Shown piece after piece: positions 7,887 through 14,608 of a DNA stretch of 32,000 nucleotides; position 1 is the first letter of the stretch; each line of letters starts with the position of its first letter. Made by a program: the position numbers and the translations under genes. The notes beneath the pieces were generated by a model, which was not told the origin of the DNA, made no database searches, and was given only the letters and a program-made list of their open reading frames with translations. Source of the stretch: an uncultured Opitutales bacterium (GTDB lineage: Bacteria > Verrucomicrobiota > Verrucomicrobiia > Opitutales > Intestinicryptomonadaceae); assembly GCA_934613415.1 (NCBI GenBank), contig CAKTSY010000001.1:210001-242000 (forward strand), in the 5' to 3' direction.

Positions 7887-8742
7887 ATGGAAAGGCAAGT
7901 CGTACGGAGGCTATTTCGGCAACTGGTGCTTTGCAATGCTGCTAAAAGCGGGGCTTTTGCCCGCATATTTGCTACTTATGTTTGTAGCGTTTTACTTCGC
8001 CTATTTTAGGCCGTCGGTAAACGCAATTTCGCGCAACTACCTAAAAATGGTTTTCGGCAAAAAACCAATGTACTTTTCGCCAAAAGTATATTTGCACTTT
8101 TTAAATTTCGGCATTTGCCTTTTAGACAAGGCCGCCTACCACCTTAAAAGCAAAAAAATAAAAATCGTAAATCTTTGCGGCAAAGAAATTTCTGGTTTTA
8201 TAAAAGAAGGCGGTTCTTGCATAGTTTTAACGGCGCATTTTGGCGGCTGGGCAATTTCGGCAAACACTTTAAAACAATATAACCGCCCCGTAAAAATTTT
8301 GGGAACCCAAACCGAAGACGGCAAAATTGCATCTTTGTGGGAAAAATCTAGTAAGATAGACGCCCTAAAAAGCGTGGGCGGCTACGAAGACGAATTTGCG
8401 TCGCTTGCAGCGTATAAAGAGCTTAAAAACGGAACTATTATTGCAATACATTCCGACAGGTACGCCGGCGGCAAGTACATAGAAACCCCGTTTTTGGGCA
8501 AAAAAATAAAGTTTTCTATTGCGCCTTTTGCGTTGGCAATGGCAGCCCGCAAGGGCATTATACAAACCCTTTGCGTAAGAAAAGGCCTTTGCCAATACCA
8601 AATGGTAGAGCTATGCCATGCGCAATCTTTAAAAACACACGCCGACATAAACGAATTTGCCCAAAAGTGTGTAAGCGAACTTGAAAGCTATGTAAAAAAA
8701 TACCCCTACCAATGGTTTAATTTTTACGACTATTGGGAATAA
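7873..8742 (+). CDS. LpxL/HtrB-type (lipid A biosynthesis lauroyl/myristoyl) acyltransferase family protein
   Basis: 289 aa. An N-terminal membrane anchor is followed by 'LTAHFGGWAIS', which resembles the catalytic H-x-G-N-W-E block of the family, and by 'IAIHSDRY'. It overlaps the MMPL gene by 14 nt. Confidence 0.65.
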   Translation: MQNVKWKGKSYGGYFGNWCFAMLLKAGLLPAYLLLMFVAFYFAYFRPSVNAISRNYLKMVFGKKPMYFSPKVYLHFLNFGICLLDKAAYHLKSKKIKIVNLCGKEISGFIKEGGSCIVLTAHFGGWAISANTLKQYNRPVKILGTQTEDGKIASLWEKSSKIDALKSVGGYEDEFASLAAYKELKNGTIIAIHSDRYAGGKYIETPFLGKKIKFSIAPFALAMAARKGIIQTLCVRKGLCQYQMVELCHAQSLKTHADINEFAQKCVSELESYVKKYPYQWFNFYDYWE

Positions 8743-8788
8743 ATGCTTGCCTATAACCGCGTTGTAGACAAGTATTGTGCCGTATTAT

Positions 8789-9049
8789 ATGGACAGACAA
8801 GACTTGATTGCAGACATAAAAAAGAACTTGGCTTCTTCGCTAAACATTCAGCCCGAAGACTTGGATTTTGCCGACGAAAACACCCCTCTTTTCGAGGAGG
8901 ACGGCCTTGGACTAGACTCGGTAGACGCGCTAGAGCTAATCGTTATGCTCGAAAACAAATATAAAATTTCGGTAGACGACAAAGACGAAGCCAAAAAGAT
9001 TTTCGCCACAATGGGCGCATTGGCAGATTATATTTTGGCAAAACAATGA
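8789..9049 (+). CDS. acyl carrier protein (cluster-specific ACP 2)
   Basis: It has the 'GLGLDSVDALELIVMLE' DSx serine motif. The start was taken at ATG 8789, with an alternative GTG at 8777. The stop overlaps the KS start (ATGA). Confidence 0.8.
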   Translation: MDRQDLIADIKKNLASSLNIQPEDLDFADENTPLFEEDGLGLDSVDALELIVMLENKYKISVDDKDEAKKIFATMGALADYILAKQ

Positions 9050-11196
9050 AAAGCCAAAGCATTGCCGTAGTTTCGCACGGGCTTTGGTGCGCAAACGCCC
9101 GCAACCCCAACGAAGCCTACAACTTGGCACTTTCGCAACAGCGTGCGCTAAGGCAGCAAAATTTGTTCGAAAGCGAAAGGTTTGCCGACAGGTTTTCGGG
9201 GCAAGCCGAAATACCCGAGCTTAAAAATGCTTCTAAAATTTCAAACTGCGGCAAAATGCTTTTGGCGGCTTTAAACCAAAGCCTTTTAAATTTTAACGCC
9301 GAAATTCTTAAAAAATATAAATGCGGCGTTTTTTTAGGAACAAGCATTGGCGGCATTTTTGAAACCGAAAACGCCATTGTAGACAACCTAAAAAACGACA
9401 CAAAAAACCTTTCGGCACTGCGCTATTACGAATGCAGCACTTTGGCGGAATTTGTGGCAAAAAGAACGGGGGCTTCGGGCGAATGCTGCGCGTTTTCCAC
9501 AGCGTGCTCAAGCTCGTCTATTGCGCTAGATGCCGCAGCCTGCGCCATTGCCTGCGGCGATTTAGATTTTGCAATAGTTTGCGGCGCCGACAGCCTTTCG
9601 AGAATAACTTTAAACGGGTTTGGCTCGCTTTTGCTTTTGTCGAAACAATTTAGCAAGCCCTTCGACGCAAACCGCGACGGCATAAATTTGGGCGAAGCCG
9701 GAGCCGTTTTAATTTTGGCAAGCCAAAAGGCTGTTAGCGAAAATTCGCTTAATGTTTTGGCAAATGTTTCGGGCTGGGGGTCTTCGTGCGATGCGCACCA
9801 CGCAACCGCGCCAGACCCAGAAGGCAACGGAGCTTTTTTGGCAATAGAAAATGCGCTTAAACTTTCGGGCAATGCCCAAGTTTCGTTTATATGCGCGCAC
9901 GGCACGGGAACTGCCGGCAACGACGTTGCCGAAATAAAAGCCCTAAATAAAGCGTTTGCAAACATGCCTAAATACGCGTCTTTAAAGGGCATTTTCGGAC
10001 ACACACTAGGGGCAAGCGGTCTGCTTAACGCCGCAGTGGCAATAGAGGCAATGCAAAATTGCAAGGCCTTTGCAAGCACCGGCTTTTCAGACAAAGACCC
10101 CGAAATTACCCCGCAGCCTGCAACCGAAAATTTTCAGACAAATCTGGGAAATGTTTTGTCGCTTTCGCTGGGTTTTGGCGGCAACAATTCGTGCACAATA
10201 TTTTCTAAAACGAATTCCGCAAAAATAGATTTTTACGAAAACCCTTGCTACATCTACTCTGTCGGAGCTTTTTCGGATTTGGGCGAAAACTCGGCGCAAA
10301 TTTTTGAAAACTACGGCGATTTAAACAAACGCCAAACATTTACTCCGCTAAAAAGCATATCGCCTTTAAAAAAGCGCAGGTGGTCTAGACACCAGCAAAT
10401 TTTGCTAAGCGCAATGCAAGAATGCGCAAACGCACTAGGTACCCAAATCGACGCAAAAAGAACGGGCGTATGCTTGGGAACTGGACTTGGCATGACGGGC
10501 GAAACCGAAAACTTTTTAATGCCTATTTTAACCGAGGGCGAAAATTCGGCAAAGCCGCTTTCCTTTACAAATTCGGTGCACAACGCCGCCTCTTCGCTTG
10601 CCGCGCTAAGCTACAAATTAAACGGCATAAATTTTGCGGTTTCGGCAAAGGAAATTTCGTTTGAATGCGCGCTAAAAACCGCCCTAAACAAAATAAAGAC
10701 AAATGCAATAGATGCCGCCTTTGTAGGCTCTAGCGACGAGTACAACCACTTTGCGCAAGAGTTTATGAATGCGCACGCCATATATTCGCACGCAAAGCCC
10801 AACCTAAGCGAACAGGCTGCAACCTACTATTTGTCGAAAGAGCTAAAAGGCGTTATGCCCCTTGCAAAAATAAGCTTATTAGACATTTCAAAACGCGCGC
10901 AAAGCCCGCTAGCCGAGGCCGAACGCGTAGGGCAAATTTTGGCAAATGCAAATTGCAAAGATTTTGTAAAATGCTTTTCGCTTTTGCCGCGCAATAAATT
11001 TGCCGAAAAAATCATTGGGGCAATTTCCGCAAAAGTCGGCAAATTCGAATTTTTAGACGAAGTGCTTTCAAGCTCGTATTCGGTTTCGGCATTCGGGATT
11101 TTGGCTGCTTTAAAAAACGGCTCTAAGGGACGTTATATGCAATATGTGCTATCTAGCACAAACAAGGCGGCAATTTTTGTTTTCGAAATTCTATGA
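9046..11196 (+). CDS. fused beta-ketoacyl synthase (active KS) plus C-terminal chain-length-factor-like KS-N domain
   Basis: 716 aa. The N-terminal half carries the Cys-His-His triad: 'STACSSS' (Cys154, nt 9505-9507), 'CAHGTGTAGND', 'GHTLGASG' and the terminal 'LGFGGNNS'. The C-terminal ~318 aa (from ~nt 10240) aligns to a KS N-terminal half, but has 'SAKEISFECAL' where T-A-C-x-S is expected. It also lacks the His motifs. Confidence 0.8.
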   Translation: MKSQSIAVVSHGLWCANARNPNEAYNLALSQQRALRQQNLFESERFADRFSGQAEIPELKNASKISNCGKMLLAALNQSLLNFNAEILKKYKCGVFLGTSIGGIFETENAIVDNLKNDTKNLSALRYYECSTLAEFVAKRTGASGECCAFSTACSSSSIALDAAACAIACGDLDFAIVCGADSLSRITLNGFGSLLLLSKQFSKPFDANRDGINLGEAGAVLILASQKAVSENSLNVLANVSGWGSSCDAHHATAPDPEGNGAFLAIENALKLSGNAQVSFICAHGTGTAGNDVAEIKALNKAFANMPKYASLKGIFGHTLGASGLLNAAVAIEAMQNCKAFASTGFSDKDPEITPQPATENFQTNLGNVLSLSLGFGGNNSCTIFSKTNSAKIDFYENPCYIYSVGAFSDLGENSAQIFENYGDLNKRQTFTPLKSISPLKKRRWSRHQQILLSAMQECANALGTQIDAKRTGVCLGTGLGMTGETENFLMPILTEGENSAKPLSFTNSVHNAASSLAALSYKLNGINFAVSAKEISFECALKTALNKIKTNAIDAAFVGSSDEYNHFAQEFMNAHAIYSHAKPNLSEQAATYYLSKELKGVMPLAKISLLDISKRAQSPLAEAERVGQILANANCKDFVKCFSLLPRNKFAEKIIGAISAKVGKFEFLDEVLSSSYSVSAFGILAALKNGSKGRYMQYVLSSTNKAAIFVFEIL

Positions 11197-11753
11197 AAAA
11201 ATTTTTTTGCATAATTTTAACTGTTGGCATTGCAGTGCACGGCTTTTGCAAACCCAAAGCCGTGCTTATAGAACAGACAAAAACCTATGCAATGCTTGGC
11301 GAAAAGCTGGCGTCTAAAGCCGTTGCCGTAAGCGACGGCGAAAACGTACGCTGGCAGGTGATTAGCCCATATAAAAGCATTCTTATAATAAATAAAAACG
11401 GCGTATTCCAATTCGAAGAAAGCAACAATACCCTAAGACAGATAAAAAACGCCGCCCCCGAAAAGACAAAGCAAATCACAAAAATGATTTTGAATATGAT
11501 TTCGGGCGACTTTTCGGAATTTGAATGCAAAACCGAAAGCGGCAAAATTTGGCTTACCCCCAAAGACGAGCTTGTAAAAAAATTTGCGGCAAAGATAGAA
11601 ATTACACTAAAAGATAAAACACCCATTAAGGCCGTTGTTTACGAGCAAGACTCGGACACAACCGAAATGCTTTTTTCGGAAAAAGAGCTGGGTAAAAACG
11701 CCGCAAATTCGGCTTTCGACGAAACAAAACCAGAGCTATTTAAACTGAACTAA
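11193..11753 (+). CDS. LolA-like outer-membrane lipoprotein-carrier family protein (secreted)
   Basis: 186 aa with the N-terminal signal sequence 'MKKFFCIILTVGIAVHGFC'. The size, the beta-rich composition and the position after the KS genes and beside the MMPL gene match the LolA-like genes of aryl-polyene-type loci. The family call rests on context and general resemblance only. Confidence 0.45.
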   Translation: MKKFFCIILTVGIAVHGFCKPKAVLIEQTKTYAMLGEKLASKAVAVSDGENVRWQVISPYKSILIINKNGVFQFEESNNTLRQIKNAAPEKTKQITKMILNMISGDFSEFECKTESGKIWLTPKDELVKKFAAKIEITLKDKTPIKAVVYEQDSDTTEMLFSEKELGKNAANSAFDETKPELFKLN

Positions 11754-11756
11754 AAG

Positions 11757-12251
11757 ATGAAAATATTCTGGGCTTTGCTTTTCTTTTTTGAGTCTTTTGC
11801 GTGCGTTTGGGCAACGCCGTATATGCACAATTTCGGGCTTTGCGGCAAAAGCTATATGCAAAGGGGCGTGTTTAAATTCGGCGAAACCGAGCTTGTTTTA
11901 AACGTTTTTGTAAAGTCGCAAAATGGCTGCACGCAAATGTCTATAAAATGCGAAGGGGCAAATTTTGCTTCTGTAAAAGTTTCAAACTCTGGCGAAATTT
12001 TAGAAGTTAAAGGTTCGCAATTTTTGCCCGAATACCTCGCAAAAAAATACGCCGCAAAAGACTTTCTTGTTTGCTTGGGCTATGCCGCGGCATTCCCGCA
12101 AAGGTGCACAATTAGCGAAAAAAATGGCAAAACCACGCTTAAAGCCCCAAACAATATTTACGAATTCGAAAGCCAAAACGGGCAAATAAAAAGCGTATAT
12201 ATAGAAAACCCGAACTACAAAATAACACTTAAAACAGTAAAGATATTTTAG
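11757..12251 (+). CDS. small secreted or lipoprotein-like protein, unknown function
   Basis: 164 aa with the hydrophobic N-terminus 'MKIFWALLFFFESFAC', which may be a signal peptide with a Cys. It lies 3 nt after the LolA-like gene and 2 nt before the next KS gene. It occupies the position of the small DUF-type lipoprotein of APE loci, but no family assignment is possible by eye. Confidence 0.55.
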   Translation: MKIFWALLFFFESFACVWATPYMHNFGLCGKSYMQRGVFKFGETELVLNVFVKSQNGCTQMSIKCEGANFASVKVSNSGEILEVKGSQFLPEYLAKKYAAKDFLVCLGYAAAFPQRCTISEKNGKTTLKAPNNIYEFESQNGQIKSVYIENPNYKITLKTVKIF

Positions 12252-12253
12252 AT

Positions 12254-14608
12254 ATGCAAAGCGCAATAACTGGCATAGGAATAATTTCGCCCATAGGCAA
12301 CAACTGCAACGACATTTTAAAATCGCTGCGCGGCCTTAAAGACGGAATCGGCAAAGTAACAAAAATTTGCACACAAGGTATGCAAAGCGATATGGGCGGC
12401 CAAGTAAAAGACTTTAATGCGGCGGCCTTTATGACAAACGGCGAACTTGCCGAATTTACCGACCCTTTTATAAGGCTTGCAATATGCTCGGCAAAAAGCG
12501 CGCTACAAGACGCCAACACAAGCCAGTTAGACAATGATTGCGCGGTTGTAATGGCTTCGTGCAATGCAGGCATGACATCGGGCGAGCGCGAGTATTTGCA
12601 GATGTTCGGCAAAAACGAAAAGCCCTTTACCAAAAACGACCTTGAGCAATACGAATATTGCGCTTTGCCGCGCGCAATGGCAAAATCGCTTAACACAAGG
12701 TGCCCAATGTGGATGATAAACACTGCGTGTTCGGGGGCAACCGCCGCCCTTGCCTTTGCGCAACTTTTGGTAAAAAACGGCAAATTTAAGCGTGTGCTTG
12801 CCGGTGGCGCCGACGCATTTGCCCTTGCAAACTATGCGGGGTTTTCGGCAATAAAAGTAATGAGCAAAGAAAAAACTGCGCCCTTTTCCGACCCTGTTGG
12901 AATGAACATAGGCGAAGGCGCGGCGTTTTGGCTGGTAGAAAACCTAGGCGAAGCCGAAAAGCGCAACGCCAAAATTTACGGGAAAATTATAGGGCATGCC
13001 ACTACGGGCGACGCCCACCACCCCACCCAGCCCGACCCGCGCGGCGAAGGCGCATACAAAACAATGCTAAAAGCCGTAAAAGACGCCCAAATAGAAATTT
13101 CGCAAATAGGCTGCATAAACGCGCATGCCTCTGGCACTTCGGCAAACGACAAGGCAGAATCGAAGGGCATTGCCAAATTCTGCAAAGACGAAATTTATGT
13201 AACTTCCACAAAATCGTATACGGGACACTGCATGGGGGCAACTGGCATAATAGAGGCAACCTGCCAGTTGATTAGCATGAACGACAACTTTATACCGCCT
13301 ACATTGCGCTTTACAAATTTGCGAAGCGAATGCGACAAAATTAAAGTGGCAGCTGGCAACGGTGTAGAGCTAAACTACAACTGTTTTTTGTCGGCAAACT
13401 ATGCGTTTGCGGGCAACAACGCCGCCATTGTTGTGGCAAAAAAAGACTTTGCCCCGAAAGCTGAAAGCGCATACAACGCAGCCGCAAAGATTGTAATAAC
13501 GGGCTATTCTTCGATGTCGTGCTTGGGGCTAAATTGCGCAGAACAGCTTGAAAACTACGAAACCGACAAAAGCTGCATAGGCTCTTTAAACGGAAACTTT
13601 GCAGGGAAAATACGCACGCTTACAAGAGGCGACTTCGACAGGCGCGTAGATTTTTCGGGTATGAATTTAATAAGCCAATTTGCCACAATTTCGGCAAAAA
13701 AGGCTTTCGACAATGCGCAAATAAAAATTTCAAGGCAAAACGAAAACGACATAGGCATAGCCGAAACCGTATCTAGAGGCGCGCCCGACACCGACCATAT
13801 GACAGGCGTTTTTAAAGGCGAAATTCCGCACGGCGACATCTCGTGTTTTTCGAACGTAACGGCAAACTCTACGGCGGGCTGGGCTACAAAAGGCTTGGGC
13901 ATAAAAGGGTCGAACATAACGCTTACAAGCGGTTTCGATTCGGGCATTTTGGCGATGGACTACGCCGCCTATATGCTGCGCGAAAATTCGGCGAAGCAAA
14001 TGCTAGCGCAATCTACTGACGAAATATTTTCAGGGCAGATAAACGCATACAAAAACGCCGGAATGCTTTACGACAATTTAAGCGACTTTAAGTTTTGCGG
14101 CAAAGACGAATTTAAAAGCGTATACGGTGAAGGCTCTTGCGCCTTTATTCTTGAAAGCAAAGAAAGCGCCCTTGAACGCAACGCGAAAATCTACGCCGAA
14201 CTGCTGGCGTTTGAATCGTCTATGAACATAGGGACTTTCGCCTCGCAAAATCTGGAAAGCGAGGGGCTTGAAAACACGCTTGCAAAAGCCCTAAAAAGCG
14301 CGAATTTAGCGGCAAAAGACATAGACTTTGCGGTATTTGCCCCAATGGGCAATATGTGCGACATAAAACTTAAAGAAGTTTGCGAAAAATATTTTGGGAA
14401 TGCAACAAAGGTATTTACTTCGCTAAAAACGGGGTACTTGCAAAGCGGCTCTAGCCTTAATGCCCTTTCGCTTTTGCTTTGCGCTTTAGAGACAAAAAGC
14501 TTGGCGTTCGGCGCAAATGAATTTAAAAAGGAGTGTGCAAACATTGCGGTTTTCGCCTCGCCTAGAACCTTTAACAACTACGCCATGATTTTAAGGGCGT
14601 TTTTATAG
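12254..14608 (+). CDS. fused beta-ketoacyl synthase (active KS) plus full-length catalytically dead KS (chain-length-factor, KS-beta type)
   Basis: 784 aa. The N-terminal half has 'NTACSGA' (Cys159, nt 12728-12730), 'NAHASGTSANDKAE' and 'TGHCMGATG'. The C-terminal half (from ~nt 13484) keeps the KS scaffold ('GEGSCAFILESKESALERNAKIYAELL') but has substitutions at all three catalytic positions: 'LTSGFDSG' for the Cys, 'FAPMGNMCD' for the first His and 'TGYLQSGS' for the second His. Confidence 0.8.
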   Translation: MQSAITGIGIISPIGNNCNDILKSLRGLKDGIGKVTKICTQGMQSDMGGQVKDFNAAAFMTNGELAEFTDPFIRLAICSAKSALQDANTSQLDNDCAVVMASCNAGMTSGEREYLQMFGKNEKPFTKNDLEQYEYCALPRAMAKSLNTRCPMWMINTACSGATAALAFAQLLVKNGKFKRVLAGGADAFALANYAGFSAIKVMSKEKTAPFSDPVGMNIGEGAAFWLVENLGEAEKRNAKIYGKIIGHATTGDAHHPTQPDPRGEGAYKTMLKAVKDAQIEISQIGCINAHASGTSANDKAESKGIAKFCKDEIYVTSTKSYTGHCMGATGIIEATCQLISMNDNFIPPTLRFTNLRSECDKIKVAAGNGVELNYNCFLSANYAFAGNNAAIVVAKKDFAPKAESAYNAAAKIVITGYSSMSCLGLNCAEQLENYETDKSCIGSLNGNFAGKIRTLTRGDFDRRVDFSGMNLISQFATISAKKAFDNAQIKISRQNENDIGIAETVSRGAPDTDHMTGVFKGEIPHGDISCFSNVTANSTAGWATKGLGIKGSNITLTSGFDSGILAMDYAAYMLRENSAKQMLAQSTDEIFSGQINAYKNAGMLYDNLSDFKFCGKDEFKSVYGEGSCAFILESKESALERNAKIYAELLAFESSMNIGTFASQNLESEGLENTLAKALKSANLAAKDIDFAVFAPMGNMCDIKLKEVCEKYFGNATKVFTSLKTGYLQSGSSLNALSLLLCALETKSLAFGANEFKKECANIAVFASPRTFNNYAMILRAFL

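Noticed and set aside
9426-10094. A 222-aa ORF on the minus strand, inside the first KS-CLF gene.
   Set aside because: It lies entirely antisense to a KS domain that has an unambiguous Cys-His-His triad. Its Ala/Ser/Pro/Lys-rich low-complexity translation is typical of the mirror frame of GCN/AAA-rich coding sequence, and it has no recognisable motif. The same reasoning applies to 12229-12783, 13555-13947, 14191-14577, 6968-7417, 24272-24931, 26628-27167 and 28011-28433.
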